Counted from the first letter of the stretch, positions 9,329-19,468 are shown. The stretch: DNA of 64,000 bases from Minisyncoccota bacterium (GCA_020059915.1 JAGVBB010000004.1:2910-66909); one strand, 5' to 3'. The notes: a model not told the origin generated them from the letters alone. A program made the numbers and translations.

Positions 9329-10598
9329 AGAAGTTGTTATCGTATTCTCGAAGCGAGAGCTGAGAATCAATCTGCTTCATTGATTCAAGCGCAACAGCAA
9401 CAACGATGAGAAGCGCCGTTCCTCCAATTTGTAGAGATTGAATCCCTGTTATTATTTGTGTGATATTTGGAAGTATTGCAACAACACCAAGGAATAATGC
9501 ACCAAACAGTGTTATGCGATGGACTGTCTTGGTAATGATGTCGGTTGTTGCTTGACCAGGTCGAATACCGGGAATAAATCCCCCATTCTTCTGAAGATTT
9601 TTTGAGATTTCACTTGGATCAAATGTTACTGCAGTATAAAAATAGGTAAACATGACCACAAGAATAAAGTATAGAGAACTATATATGTAGTGATTATTGA
9701 AAAATTCTGTTACCCATGAATTTAACGAAAGTGACAATCCTGGTGAAACAATTGATAGAGATTGAGCAATAAACTGTGGGAATAAAAGAATGGATATTGC
9801 AAAGATAATTGGGATAACTCCCGCTTGGTTAACTTTTAATGGGAGGTATGTCGATGCACCACCATACAATTTCATTCCCCGCACCTGCTTTGCATACGAG
9901 ACGGGAACTTTTCGTTCGCCCTCGTTCACAAAAACCACTCCCGCAATAACAATTATTGCTAAAACAGCAAATACAATATAGGTAGTTAAGAGTGCTGGTG
10001 AATAATTCAAGAATGCAGATATTATATCCTGTGGCAAACTACTCACAATACCTGCAAAAATAAGTAATGAAAGACCGTTACCAATCTTAAATTCAGAAAT
10101 CAGTTCTCCAATCCACATAACTAAAACGCTTCCTGCAGTAATGATAATCACATTGGAAATTAAATCGAACAATGGAAGACGGGAAATAACTCCTTGAGCC
10201 ATCAAAAGATTTAAAAATCCATACCCTTGGAGCACTGCAAGCGGAACAGTAAGATATCGAGTTATGCGATTGAATTTTGCTCTTCCTGAAGCTCCCTCTT
10301 CATAATATGCCTTTTTAAGATTTGGAAATATTATGGTCAAAAGTTGCATAATGATACTTCCGGTAATATATGGACCGACTGCAAGCATCACAATGGAAAG
10401 ATTGCTGAGACCGCCACCAGAAAATACGTTTAACAATCCAAAAATTTGATTTGAATCAAAAAACTGTTGGAGTTTTGTTACATCGACTCCAGGTATTGGA
10501 ATCGCTGCAAACATCCTGTATACCACAAGCAAACCCAACACTGAGAATATCTTTCTTCGTAAATCTGGATGTTTAAAGATTGCTAAAAATTTTTTCAT
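9327..10598 (-). CDS. secY: Preprotein translocase subunit SecY
   Basis: 423-aa polytopic membrane protein with SecY signature segments. Sits at the end of the spc cluster. Confidence 0.9.
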   Translation of the reverse strand: MKKFLAIFKHPDLRRKIFSVLGLLVVYRMFAAIPIPGVDVTKLQQFFDSNQIFGLLNVFSGGGLSNLSIVMLAVGPYITGSIIMQLLTIIFPNLKKAYYEEGASGRAKFNRITRYLTVPLAVLQGYGFLNLLMAQGVISRLPLFDLISNVIIITAGSVLVMWIGELISEFKIGNGLSLLIFAGIVSSLPQDIISAFLNYSPALLTTYIVFAVLAIIVIAGVVFVNEGERKVPVSYAKQVRGMKLYGGASTYLPLKVNQAGVIPIIFAISILLFPQFIAQSLSIVSPGLSLSLNSWVTEFFNNHYIYSSLYFILVVMFTYFYTAVTFDPSEISKNLQKNGGFIPGIRPGQATTDIITKTVHRITLFGALFLGVVAILPNITQIITGIQSLQIGGTALLIVVAVALESMKQIDSQLSLREYDNNF

Positions 10599-10612
10599 CT
10601 ATTAATTAAGTA

Positions 10613-11032
10613 TTATTCCACCTTTCCCCCCGCTGCTTCAATTTTTTTTCTTGCTTCCTGAGAAATTTCTATTCCCTTTTCTATAGTAACAGGAATTTTT
10701 ATTTCACCCATTGCAAGCACCTTTACGCGCACTTTTTTTGTTGCAATAAGTCCTTTCTCAATAAGTACTTTTTTTGTAAGATCCTGTATACCTAATTTTG
10801 CTATTGCTCCAACATTCAAAGCAAATGCAGGAGTTGAAAGTCGAAGGTTTTTAACACCACGTAACTTAGGAAGGCGCATATACAAATCACGCTCCGCAGG
10901 ACGATATTTTCTCCCTGCTCGAGCTCCTTGTCCTTTTTCTCCCCGTCCTGAAGTTTTTCCGCGTGTTCCACCACGTCCAACACGCTTCTTTAGTGATGGT
11001 TGTGTCTTTGGTTTTAATTCGTGAAATTGCAT
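10613..11032 (-). CDS. rplO: 50S ribosomal protein L15
   Basis: RVGRGGTRGKTSGRG-type L15 N-terminus. Follows rpsE directly with no L30 gene between. Confidence 0.9.
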   Translation of the reverse strand: MQFHELKPKTQPSLKKRVGRGGTRGKTSGRGEKGQGARAGRKYRPAERDLYMRLPKLRGVKNLRLSTPAFALNVGAIAKLGIQDLTKKVLIEKGLIATKKVRVKVLAMGEIKIPVTIEKGIEISQEARKKIEAAGGKVE

Positions 11033-11033
11033 A

Positions 11034-11654
11034 TTATTTTTTGTACACGTGAATGCTCTTTAATGCCACAATACCAGCGCGTGCATTCGCGATTTTATTT
11101 TTTGTGCGACCTACGATTTTTGCCGAAACATCTCTAATACCAACAAGCTCAAGAATGGTACGAAGTGATCCACCTGCAATAAGTCCATGTCCTTTTGCTG
11201 CTGGTTTAATACGAACTTTTGCTGCTCCATATTTTGCCTCCAACATATAAGGAACTGTACGATTTTCTAAAAGTTCAACCTTAATGACATCTCGCTCTGC
11301 ATTTCTCTGTGCTTTCATAACTGCAGAAGCAAAATCCAATCCCTTTGCAACACCAAGGCCTACACGTCCACGAAAATCTCCAACAGCGACTGTTGCACGA
11401 AAACTGAAACGCTTTCCTCCTGCAACAACACGAGTTACGCGACGGACCTCAACAACTCTCTCTTTATATTCACTCTTCTTTACTAATGGACGTCTAAAAT
11501 TGCCACCACGACCTCCTCCCCCTCCTGGACCACGAGAAAATCCACCTCCAGGTCGTTGTCCGCCCGGGCGTGCTCCTCGAGGACTAAATCCTCCTCCAAC
11601 TTTTGGTGCCTGCCTACCAACAGCAGGTATGGCTTGTGTCTGTTTTGTTTCCAT
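11034..11654 (-). CDS. rpsE: 30S ribosomal protein S5 with Gly/Arg-rich N-terminal extension
   Basis: Conserved S5 core (VTRVVAGGKRFSF...GHGLIAGGSLR) preceded by a roughly 60-aa RGG-rich extension encoded by GC-rich DNA. Confidence 0.9.
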   Translation of the reverse strand: METKQTQAIPAVGRQAPKVGGGFSPRGARPGGQRPGGGFSRGPGGGGGRGGNFRRPLVKKSEYKERVVEVRRVTRVVAGGKRFSFRATVAVGDFRGRVGLGVAKGLDFASAVMKAQRNAERDVIKVELLENRTVPYMLEAKYGAAKVRIKPAAKGHGLIAGGSLRTILELVGIRDVSAKIVGRTKNKIANARAGIVALKSIHVYKK

Positions 11655-11659
11655 AATAA

Positions 11660-12010
11660 TTACATTTCAATACCTCCTTCGCGCACTGCTTCCGCAATCG
11701 CTTTCACTCGACCATGATACCGATACCCACCCCTATCAAATACCGCTCCTGTTATACCCTTTTCTTTTGCACGTGTTGCAATTGTTTTTCCAACAAGTGT
11801 TGCTGCCTCCATTGATTTTCCATTTTTCAACTCACGTGAGTTCGCTGATACAAGAGTTGTTCCACTAACATCGTCAATAAGCTGCGCATAAATATACGAA
11901 TTGCTTCGAAATACCGAGAGACGCGGACGATTTGCCTCGCCACGTACTTTTGCGCGCACACGATGTGCTCGACGTTCTTTTTGTATCTGCATTCTTTTTG
12001 CTACGTTCAT
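11660..12010 (-). CDS. rplR: 50S ribosomal protein L18
   Basis: [18 protein letters not shown]...[10 protein letters not shown]. Confidence 0.9.
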   Translation of the reverse strand: MNVAKRMQIQKERRAHRVRAKVRGEANRPRLSVFRSNSYIYAQLIDDVSGTTLVSANSRELKNGKSMEAATLVGKTIATRAKEKGITGAVFDRGGYRYHGRVKAIAEAVREGGIEM

Positions 12011-12022
12011 ATATAGTGCTTA

Positions 12023-12568
12023 TTATTTTCCTGATGCAGCCTTCTTTCCTGCTTTCCTCTTCACGACCTCTGTTGAATAATGGAATCCTTTTCCTTTGTA
12101 TGGTTCTGGTTTCTTCATTCCACGAATCTCTGCGGCAACCTGTCCCACTACAATTTTGTCAAATCCCTTTATTTTTAAAATAGTATTTTTTTCCACCTCA
12201 AAAACAATGTTTTCTGGTGCTTTATATTTTACTGGATGAGAAAATCCCAAACTTAATGTAAGATCATTTCCATCTTTTGCCATCTTAAACCCAACTCCTT
12301 CAAGAATAAGCGTTTTTTCATATCCCTTAGTGAGTCCTTCAACTGCGTTTTGTGTAATTGCACGAATGGTTCCCCAATTACTTCTTGCCTGTTTTGATTT
12401 TCCCAACAGGGTAAATATTGCCTCATTTCCTTCAATAGAAAATGCTACGCCATCAAGGAGCTTTGTGGAGAGAGACTGTTTTCCGTTTGACACGATAATA
12501 GCCCCATCGTTCTGCGTGATAGTTATTCCCTGAGGAATTTCTATAGGTTTTTTTCCAATTTTTGACAT
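12023..12568 (-). CDS. rplF: 50S ribosomal protein L6
   Basis: MSKIGKKPIEIP start. The ORF track extends 17 codons upstream to 12619 and would overlap rpsH. Confidence 0.9.
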   Translation of the reverse strand: MSKIGKKPIEIPQGITITQNDGAIIVSNGKQSLSTKLLDGVAFSIEGNEAIFTLLGKSKQARSNWGTIRAITQNAVEGLTKGYEKTLILEGVGFKMAKDGNDLTLSLGFSHPVKYKAPENIVFEVEKNTILKIKGFDKIVVGQVAAEIRGMKKPEPYKGKGFHYSTEVVKRKAGKKAASGK

Positions 12569-12569
12569 A

Positions 12570-12941
12570 TTACCAAATTTCAAACAACATTTCTCCTCCG
12601 ACCTTTTCCTTTTTTGCATCTTCCCCAGTCATAATTCCTTTTGATGTCGAGACAACAAGAAGTCCATGTCCGCTTTTTACACGTGGAAAATCACGGTATG
12701 AAGCATACCGGTGTATTGATGGCTTGCTGAGAAGCTTAATTCCACGAATAAGACGATCTGGATTCATATCAATCTCCATTATTTTTTTATATGACTTTCC
12801 TTTTACCTCAACACTCTTGATAAATCCAAAACGATTTAAAACTTCGGCAACCGCGTAATCCATTTTTGTATGACGCGTTTTTATAGAAAATTTTTCAACC
12901 GCCTCCGCATTTTTCAATTTTATTAATAAATCAATATACAT
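12570..12941 (-). CDS. rpsH: 30S ribosomal protein S8
   Basis: Conserved S8. The start is taken at MYIDLLIKLKNA. The ORF track extends to 12998 and would overlap rpsZ. Confidence 0.85.
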   Translation of the reverse strand: MYIDLLIKLKNAEAVEKFSIKTRHTKMDYAVAEVLNRFGFIKSVEVKGKSYKKIMEIDMNPDRLIRGIKLLSKPSIHRYASYRDFPRVKSGHGLLVVSTSKGIMTGEDAKKEKVGGEMLFEIW

Positions 12942-12951
12942 ATTCAAATTC

Positions 12952-13137
12952 TTACCACGATGATTTCCTGACTCCTGGTATCTCGCCCTTTTGCGCAAGC
13001 TCTCTAAAGCAGATTCTACAAAGATTAAAATCTCTCATAAATCCTCGCTTTCTCCCACAGCGGAAACAACGTCGCACCTGACGGGTTGAGTACTTCGGCT
13101 TCTTTTTTGATCGAGCAATTACTGATGTTTTTGCCAT
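12952..13137 (-). CDS. rpsZ: 30S ribosomal protein S14, type Z (zinc-binding)
   Basis: 61 aa with [20 protein letters not shown] zinc motif. Confidence 0.9.
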   Translation of the reverse strand: MAKTSVIARSKKKPKYSTRQVRRCFRCGRKRGFMRDFNLCRICFRELAQKGEIPGVRKSSW

Positions 13138-13148
13138 AATTTCAATTA

Positions 13149-13664
13149 TTATTCTTTTTCAGAACGCCGTAATGGCACTCCAAGCGACCGGTATAATTCT
13201 ATTGCAGCTTCACGCTCCATTGATTTCTTTGGTACAACTGTTGTCTGAACTCCAAATGGATAAAATGATTTTTCTGCAACAATTTCTGGAAATACTGTTT
13301 GTTCACGCACACCCAAATTCAATATTCCGTGTCCATCAACATTTGATAGTGGAAGTCCACGAAAGTCTCTCACACGAGGAAGCGCTATGGTAACCAAACG
13401 AGTAAAATAATCCATCATTCGCTTTCCACGAAGTGTTATCTGGAGTCCAACAACATCTCCCTGCCTAATTTTAAAGGTGGATATTGATTGGCGCGCTTTT
13501 CGAATTGATGGTTGTTGACCAGTTATAATTTTAAGTTCCTCCTTGATTGCAGGAAGTACCTTTTCATCAAACTGTGAAATATTTCGCATCTTCCCAACAC
13601 CGACATTTACTACGATTTTCGAAAATAATGGTATCTCTTTTTTTGTATGTTTTTTTGTAGTCAT
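13149..13664 (-). CDS. rplE: 50S ribosomal protein L5
   Basis: Conserved L5. The start is taken at MTTKK. The longer track ORF to 13766 would overlap rplX by 90 nt. Confidence 0.85.
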   Translation of the reverse strand: MTTKKHTKKEIPLFSKIVVNVGVGKMRNISQFDEKVLPAIKEELKIITGQQPSIRKARQSISTFKIRQGDVVGLQITLRGKRMMDYFTRLVTIALPRVRDFRGLPLSNVDGHGILNLGVREQTVFPEIVAEKSFYPFGVQTTVVPKKSMEREAAIELYRSLGVPLRRSEKE

Positions 13665-13674
13665 GGTTTCCTTT

Positions 13675-13980
13675 TTAAAGTGCCGCCTCACATTTTGCGC
13701 ATGCGCGGACCTTTGACTTTCCATCTGCACGATATTGTATTCGTGCGGTTTTTTTACAATTTCCACAAACGATCGCTACATTTGATATATCAATCGGTCG
13801 AGGAATTAAAATCACTTCTCCTTTTTCTCCCTGATTCTTTGGACGCATGTGTTTTTTTGCCATATTACATCCTTCAACAGTAACTTTTGATGTTTTTGTA
13901 TCAACATGCAAAACTTTACCCGTCTTATTGCGGTCTTTTCCTGCAAGAATTTTTATTGTATCTCCTTTTTTTATATGCAT
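13675..13980 (-). CDS. rplX: 50S ribosomal protein L24 with C-terminal CxxC...CxxC zinc-ribbon extension
   Basis: KOW motif IKKGDTIKILAGKD plus a C-terminal CGNCKK...CAKC. Confidence 0.85.
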   Translation of the reverse strand: MHIKKGDTIKILAGKDRNKTGKVLHVDTKTSKVTVEGCNMAKKHMRPKNQGEKGEVILIPRPIDISNVAIVCGNCKKTARIQYRADGKSKVRACAKCEAAL

Positions 13981-13985
13981 ATGTA

Positions 13986-14351
13986 TTACACTAAATCTTC
14001 TGCAAGCGACGCAATGGTGTCATATCCTCGCTCCTTTATTTCCCTAGGAATCGGACCGAAAATGCGAGTTCCTTTTGGTTGTCCTTTGTCTAAAATTACT
14101 ACCGCATTATCATCAAAACGAATGTATGAACCATCATTTCGACGAATCGGGGCATGTTGACGCACTACTACAGCACGAACTATATCCTTCTTCTTAACTG
14201 CTTTTCTTGGTTCTGCTGTCTGCACTGAGGCAACAATTAAATCTCCTACACGCGCATAGCGCCTTCGACTTCCTCCAAGTACACGGAAACAGCGCACGGT
14301 CTTTGCTCCACTGTTATCTGCAACTCTTAATATTGATCGTTCTTGTATCAT
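13986..14351 (-). CDS. rplN: 50S ribosomal protein L14
   Basis: [17 protein letters not shown] start. Confidence 0.9.
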   Translation of the reverse strand: MIQERSILRVADNSGAKTVRCFRVLGGSRRRYARVGDLIVASVQTAEPRKAVKKKDIVRAVVVRQHAPIRRNDGSYIRFDDNAVVILDKGQPKGTRIFGPIPREIKERGYDTIASLAEDLV

Positions 14352-14366
14352 AAATCTTGTACTTGT

Positions 14367-14594
14367 CTAAATCTTTCCGACAATAATCCATCGCTTATCC
14401 TTTGAGATGGGTCTCGACTCTTGAATGGTTACTACATCACCACTCTTGTATTCATTATTTGCATCGTGTGCCTTGAATCTTGCTGAAACTCTAAAAAACT
14501 TTTCATATTTTTTGTGTTTCATAAGACGCGTAACTTCAACAACACGTGTCTTGTCCATCTTATCACTTACTATAGTTCCTTTTAATTTTCTCAT
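14367..14594 (-). CDS. rpsQ: 30S ribosomal protein S17
   Basis: [14 protein letters not shown]...DKRWIIV. Confidence 0.9.
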   Translation of the reverse strand: MRKLKGTIVSDKMDKTRVVEVTRLMKHKKYEKFFRVSARFKAHDANNEYKSGDVVTIQESRPISKDKRWIIVGKI

Positions 14595-14595
14595 A

Positions 14596-14814
14596 TTACT
14601 CTGTTATGGTTGATTCTTTTCTTGACCTTTCATTCAAAATAGTGAGCATCTGTGCAATCTGTTTTTTTATTTCACGAATTTCCTTTACGGTATTACTCTT
14701 TCCAGCAGCAAGATCAAATTTCATTCCTCCTAATTTTGCGCGAAGTACACCGAGTTCTTTTGTTAATTCGGCTGAATTCTTGTTTTTATGTTCTTGTAAT
14801 TTTGTTTTCTTCAT
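14596..14814 (-). CDS. rpmC: 50S ribosomal protein L29
   Basis: 72-aa helical protein in the canonical position. Confidence 0.85.
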   Translation of the reverse strand: MKKTKLQEHKNKNSAELTKELGVLRAKLGGMKFDLAAGKSNTVKEIREIKKQIAQMLTILNERSRKESTITE

Positions 14815-14860
14815 ACAAATGTTATCCTTTTTCGGAACCTTTTGTGTGCCTGTTTAGGCC

Positions 14861-15280
14861 CTATTTAGTTTCTCGATTTATAATCTTCGTTTTTATTGGC
14901 ATCTTATGTCCTGCCATAGTGAGAGCTCGACGAGCAATCGCATCCTTTACTCCATCAATTTCGTATAGAATTCTTCCAGGACGGACAGGAAATACATAAT
15001 GATCAACTTCTCCTTTTCCTCCTCCCAATGTTACTTCTGGTGGAAGTTTTGTGATTGGTTTGTCTGGAAAAATACGAATCCACATTCTTCCTTCTCTATT
15101 CATTGAATGAGCAATAGCTTTTCTTCCCGCTTCAATCTGCTGGGCAGTAACCCATGCCGCTTCTGTTGCTTGCAATCCATAGGTTCCATATGAAAGTGTT
15201 ATTCCTCGTGTTTCAATCATACGCTTTTTTGAGCGTCCTTTCTGAACTTTTCGATGTTTTTGTTTCTTTGGTTGCAACAT
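14861..15280 (-). CDS. rplP: 50S ribosomal protein L16
   Basis: MLQPKKQKHRKVQKGR start. Confidence 0.9.
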   Translation of the reverse strand: MLQPKKQKHRKVQKGRSKKRMIETRGITLSYGTYGLQATEAAWVTAQQIEAGRKAIAHSMNREGRMWIRIFPDKPITKLPPEVTLGGGKGEVDHYVFPVRPGRILYEIDGVKDAIARRALTMAGHKMPIKTKIINRETK

Positions 15281-15282
15281 AA

Positions 15283-15966
15283 TTATTTCTTATTCTTCGC
15301 TTTTGTATCAAAAATTTCACCTTTATACAACCACACCTTAACACCAATAGTGCCGTATGTATTGAACGAAGTTGCCTCCGCATAATCAATGTTCGCACGA
15401 AGTGTTGATAATGGCATTCTTCCTTTTGCTAACCATTCTGTTCGAGAAATTTCTGCACCATTCAAACGGCCAGAAAGCTTTATTTTTACCCCCTTGATAT
15501 CACGATTCTGCATAGCGTTTTCAATTGCTCGCTTCATAAGCTTTCGGTATGGTTGTCTTCGTTCCAAATCAGTTGCAATCTGCTGGCCCATTACTGCTGC
15601 TGCAATTTCTGTACGCTTTAACTCTTCGACATTCACATTAAACGCAAAATTTGTTGGAATATTATTCTTTACTCGAAGCTTCTTTAAATTACGAAGCAAC
15701 TTTTCTTTCATTTCTTCAATTCCCTTTCCACCACGTCCGATAATAAGTCCGGGTCGTGCTGCCTGAATAGAAACACGAATAGTTTCACTTGCGCGTTCAA
15801 TATCAATTGAAACAATTCCTGCATCCTTTAGTCGTTCTCGGATAAATTCTCGAATCATAAGATCTTCCTCAAGAAAGAATCTCGTATTTCGGTTCAAAAA
15901 CCAGCGGCTTGACCAAGTCGTTGTAATTCCTAGACGGATTGCATTTGGTTTAACTTTTTGTGCCAT
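15283..15966 (-). CDS. rpsC: 30S ribosomal protein S3
   Basis: KH domain and GIKVWLYKGE. Confidence 0.9.
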   Translation of the reverse strand: MAQKVKPNAIRLGITTTWSSRWFLNRNTRFFLEEDLMIREFIRERLKDAGIVSIDIERASETIRVSIQAARPGLIIGRGGKGIEEMKEKLLRNLKKLRVKNNIPTNFAFNVNVEELKRTEIAAAVMGQQIATDLERRQPYRKLMKRAIENAMQNRDIKGVKIKLSGRLNGAEISRTEWLAKGRMPLSTLRANIDYAEATSFNTYGTIGVKVWLYKGEIFDTKAKNKK

Positions 15967-15968
15967 AA

Positions 15969-16469
15969 TTATACTGATTTTCTTCTAAATGTTTTTTGTG
16001 CTACACCTTTCTTTGTTTTCGTATTTTGATCACCCTCCTCGTGAGCTCCTGCTTTTGTTGCCTTCTTTTCTTTTTTGGTAACCTTCTTTGCCTTCTTAGT
16101 GTCTTGAATGGTAAATTTCTTTTCTTTTTCTTCCTCACGAACACCCAACACAATAGTTACATGGCTCATCTTTTTTTCAATGAGTGCCATGCTCCCACGT
16201 GCGCGTGGAGTTCCCCGTTTCATTTTTGGTCCTTGATTCACATATACATCCTTAACAAATAATTTTGTTACGGGAATTTTTTTGTTGTGCTCTGCGTTTG
16301 CAATTGCACTACGAAGTAATCGAAGTAAATAATCGCGTGATCGAAGAGGAGACAATAACAATTGCGCCTCTGCTTCATTTGCAGAAAGTCCTTTTATGAT
16401 ATTCACCGCAAGCCGCGATTTACGCGGAGCGATTCTCAAATATCGAAGTGTAGCTTGTATTGTTTCCAT
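15969..16469 (-). CDS. rplV: 50S ribosomal protein L22 with lysine-rich C-terminal extension
   Basis: Conserved L22 core followed by a KE-rich tail. Confidence 0.85.
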   Translation of the reverse strand: METIQATLRYLRIAPRKSRLAVNIIKGLSANEAEAQLLLSPLRSRDYLLRLLRSAIANAEHNKKIPVTKLFVKDVYVNQGPKMKRGTPRARGSMALIEKKMSHVTIVLGVREEEKEKKFTIQDTKKAKKVTKKEKKATKAGAHEEGDQNTKTKKGVAQKTFRRKSV

Positions 16470-16485
16470 ATAATAGTTTCAGAAA

Positions 16486-16776
16486 TTATTTTGCAGGTTT
16501 CTTTTCGAGTTCTCGTTGCATCTTTCCTCCATGTTTTGCAAATTTTCGAGTTGGAGAAAATTCTCCCAAACGATGTCCTACCATATCTTCAGTAACAGTG
16601 GTTTCAATGAAATCTTTTCCATTGTGAACACCAAACACAAATCCAACCATTTCTGGTGAAATTTCAGAATCTCGCGACCAGGTCTTAACGACAGTTCTGT
16701 CTCCCTGTGTGAGTTTTGATATTTTCTTTAATAATTTTGGGTCTACCCAAGGACCTTTTTGTGTTGATCGGCTCAT
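16486..16776 (-). CDS. rpsS: 30S ribosomal protein S19
   Basis: GPWVDPKLLKKI...HNGKDF. Confidence 0.9.
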   Translation of the reverse strand: MSRSTQKGPWVDPKLLKKISKLTQGDRTVVKTWSRDSEISPEMVGFVFGVHNGKDFIETTVTEDMVGHRLGEFSPTRKFAKHGGKMQRELEKKPAK

Positions 16777-16836
16777 AATTTAAATCTGTAAAAAGCGCTG
16801 ATAAGTATACATGTATATAGGCGTATCGGCAATACT

Positions 16837-17664
16837 CTATTTTTTGACACGTCGGCGCACGATAAGTTTGTTCGACCACTTCTTTTTATTTCTTGTTTTC
16901 TTTCCTCCGGTTGTCTTTCCCCATTTTGTCTTTGGTCTCTTCGTTCCACGTGGCTGACTTCCCTCTCCTCCTCCATACGGATGGTCGCGTGGGTTCATGG
17001 CCTTTCCACGAACTGTTGGACGGATACCCAACCATCGTGATCGCCCTGCTTTTCCACTCTTTACTAACGTATGCTCTCCATTTGAAACAACACCAATCGT
17101 TGCATAACAATCCCAAAGCACCTTACGAATTTCTCCTGACGGCATTTTGAGTTGTGTATATCCATTCTCGTTTGCAAGAATCTGCACACTATTTCCCGCA
17201 GAACGTGCAATCTGTCCTCCCTTTCCTGGAGTAATTTCTATATTGTGAACAAATGTTCCAACAGGAACACGTTTAAGAGATGTTCTATTTCCTGGAGCAA
17301 TAAGTGCATCATCACCAGAAATAATTGTATCTCCAACCTTCAATCCGTTTGGAGCAAGTACATATCTTCGGTCTCCATCCTTGTATGAAACACGTGCGAT
17401 AAACGCAGTACGATATGGATCATATTCAATTGTTTCAATCTTTCCTGGAACTCCTTTTTTAATTTGCTTAAAATCAACCTCACGATAAAGAATTTTATTC
17501 CCTCCACCCTGATGGCGCATGGTGATACGGCCCTGCGAGTTTCTCCCCGCATGGCTCTTCAACCGCTTCATCGCCTTTTTCATTGGGCGTTCTTTTGACA
17601 CCTGTGAGTAGTCAACTACTGACATATGTCTTCGTGATTGCGTTGTTGGTTTATACTGCTTCAT
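16837..17664 (-). CDS. rplB: 50S ribosomal protein L2
   Basis: Conserved L2 (GGGNKILYREVDF...MRHQGGG). Confidence 0.9.
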   Translation of the reverse strand: MKQYKPTTQSRRHMSVVDYSQVSKERPMKKAMKRLKSHAGRNSQGRITMRHQGGGNKILYREVDFKQIKKGVPGKIETIEYDPYRTAFIARVSYKDGDRRYVLAPNGLKVGDTIISGDDALIAPGNRTSLKRVPVGTFVHNIEITPGKGGQIARSAGNSVQILANENGYTQLKMPSGEIRKVLWDCYATIGVVSNGEHTLVKSGKAGRSRWLGIRPTVRGKAMNPRDHPYGGGEGSQPRGTKRPKTKWGKTTGGKKTRNKKKWSNKLIVRRRVKK

Positions 17665-17669
17665 ACTCG

Positions 17670-18029
17670 TTATACAATTTCAATTTTGTCACCTTGTTTA
17701 AGGGTAACCATTGCCTTCTTTGCAACCTTTGCTTTTGTTGGTCGTCCACGATAATGCTTCACTTTTCCATGATCAGTTATCATATTCACCCCAACAACTG
17801 TCACATTATAACGTCGGGAAACCTCCTCTTTTACCAGTGTTTTATTTGCATCTTTCGAAACATAAAATACATATGTATTCAAACTATGAAGTCCATATGC
17901 CTTCTCACTTGCATGTGGGCGAGACAAGACTGAACGAACTGCATGTCCTCCTACTGGTCCAGTTGCTTCCTTTTTAATCGTTGCTGTTTGAACTGCTTCT
18001 TCTTTAGTTCTTTTATTAAAAATTGCCAT
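17670..18029 (-). CDS. rplW: 50S ribosomal protein L23 with N-terminal extension
   Basis: SRPHASEKAY...YVFYVSKDANK. Confidence 0.8.
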   Translation of the reverse strand: MAIFNKRTKEEAVQTATIKKEATGPVGGHAVRSVLSRPHASEKAYGLHSLNTYVFYVSKDANKTLVKEEVSRRYNVTVVGVNMITDHGKVKHYRGRPTKAKVAKKAMVTLKQGDKIEIV

Positions 18030-18031
18030 AA

Positions 18032-18646
18032 TTATTTAACTGTTTCTATTGCTGATTTTTCAAACATAACGACCTTGTGTTGCATCACATCAAACACATT
18101 GAGTTCTGAAACTCTCATAATGTCTGTTTTTGGAATATTGCGTGCTGCCTGAAATACCGTCTTATTTTCTTTTCCGGTAACAATAAGAACACTTGGCTTT
18201 CTCGTGAAAAATTTCTTAAACATAGTGCTCACTGATTTTGTTTTCTTATCTTCAAATGAAAGCGAATCAACAACAAGGATTTCACCATCAACAACTTTCT
18301 TTGAAAGTGCTGAAAGAAGTGCTCCATGCTTCATCTTCTTATTTATTTTCTTATCAAAATTTTTCTCGTTTGAACGAGGACCGTGGGTAATACCACCACC
18401 AGACCAAAGCGGAGATCGCGATGAACCGTGACGTGATCGTCCCGTGTGTTTCTGCGCGTGTGGTTTCTTTCCACCACCACGAACCTCACTTCTATCCTTT
18501 ACGTGGGCGAGAGGTGCACGTTTGTTTGAAATATAAGAAACCACAACCTGATGGACAAGATCTGGATTCCATTTCTTCTCAAATGCTTTGGAAAGAGTTA
18601 GCTCGCTAACCTTTTCGTGTGATTGATTAAATACATCGATATTCAT
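18032..18646 (-). CDS. rplD: 50S ribosomal protein L4
   Basis: Conserved L4 (KKPHAQKHTGRSRHGS). Confidence 0.9.
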   Translation of the reverse strand: MNIDVFNQSHEKVSELTLSKAFEKKWNPDLVHQVVVSYISNKRAPLAHVKDRSEVRGGGKKPHAQKHTGRSRHGSSRSPLWSGGGITHGPRSNEKNFDKKINKKMKHGALLSALSKKVVDGEILVVDSLSFEDKKTKSVSTMFKKFFTRKPSVLIVTGKENKTVFQAARNIPKTDIMRVSELNVFDVMQHKVVMFEKSAIETVK

Positions 18647-18651
18647 AGTGG

Positions 18652-19083
18652 TTATTTCTGTATTTCAACTTCTTTACCTTTATGACCAGGAACAGCGCCA
18701 CGAACCATAACTGTTTTTTCTTCTGGCATTATTTTTGTAACTACAAGATTACGAACAGTAACTCGTACGTTTCCGGTGTGTCCTGCCATTTTTCTTCCTG
18801 GAAGCACACGCTGTGGTGCTGTTGGACCCAACGAACCAGGGGCTCGAAGGCGATCCTTCTGTCCATGTGTTTTTGGTCCTCCATGGAATCCATGGCGTTT
18901 TACCACACCCTGAAAACCTTTTCCGCGACTGGTACCTGATACAGATACGAGATCTCCTTCTTTTATTTCAGAAAGAAACGAATCAACACTCTCTCCCAAA
19001 AGGAGGAGTGGCGTAACAGGAACAACGACCCCGTTTTCCTTCCATACCTGCGTCATCTTTAATTTTTGCGCTTTGATATTCAT
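18652..19083 (-). CDS. rplC: 50S ribosomal protein L3, short form (about 143 aa)
   Basis: [15 protein letters not shown]-terminus and [20 protein letters not shown] core. It lacks the roughly 60-aa central loop of E. coli L3. The track ORF starts 5 codons earlier at 19098. Confidence 0.8.
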   Translation of the reverse strand: MNIKAQKLKMTQVWKENGVVVPVTPLLLLGESVDSFLSEIKEGDLVSVSGTSRGKGFQGVVKRHGFHGGPKTHGQKDRLRAPGSLGPTAPQRVLPGRKMAGHTGNVRVTVRNLVVTKIMPEEKTVMVRGAVPGHKGKEVEIQK

Positions 19084-19161
19084 ATATACCTGTTTCATAT
19101 GAAAACAACAGTAAGAAACTGTTGTGTTGCATAAGTTTCATTAGGTTCAAAACCAGTATCA

Positions 19162-19190
19162 ATAATATCCGAAGTAGGAATAAGTGTCAA
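19162..19190 (-). promoter_or_regulatory. Sigma70-type promoter for the rplC operon
   Basis: On the minus strand, TTGACA (19185-19190), a 17-nt spacer, then TATTAT (19162-19167). This lies about 65 nt upstream of rplC. A 9-bp hairpin (19112-19137) sits in the leader. Confidence 0.5.
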
Positions 19191-19324
19191 TCCCGTTAGA
19201 AGTAGATCTCAATCATTGTGTTCTAAAATGAGATACTTTATTTATTATTAAAAAATCCAAATTTAGTATTAATCTTGAAAATAAACGATCGCAACTTCTA
19301 ATGGGATCAGGGTTTGCTTCACAA

Positions 19325-19374
19325 ATATATCTTATAAGCAGACTTTAGAGATTTAGTCTGCTTATAAGATATAT
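19325..19374. repeat. Perfect inverted repeat, 20-bp arms and 10-nt loop
   Basis: ATATATCTTATAAGCAGACT - TTAGAGATTT - AGTCTGCTTATAAGATATAT. Confidence 0.9.
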
Positions 19375-19433
19375 TTATTCATTTTTAGAGGTAGAGAAAA
19401 CATATTATCTACTCACCTTTAATGTTGAAAAAT

Positions 19434-19468
19434 AAAAAATGACCCCGAAGGGTCAAAAATTATTTTTT
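19434..19468. terminator. Bidirectional intrinsic terminator
   Basis: AAAAAATGACCCCGAAGGGTCAAAAATTATTTTTT. Confidence 0.5.

Noticed and set aside
11284-11868. 194-aa Pro/Arg-rich ORF on the plus strand
   Set aside because: It is antisense to rpsE and rplR. It is an artefact of the GC-rich Gly-rich S5 extension read in the opposite frame.
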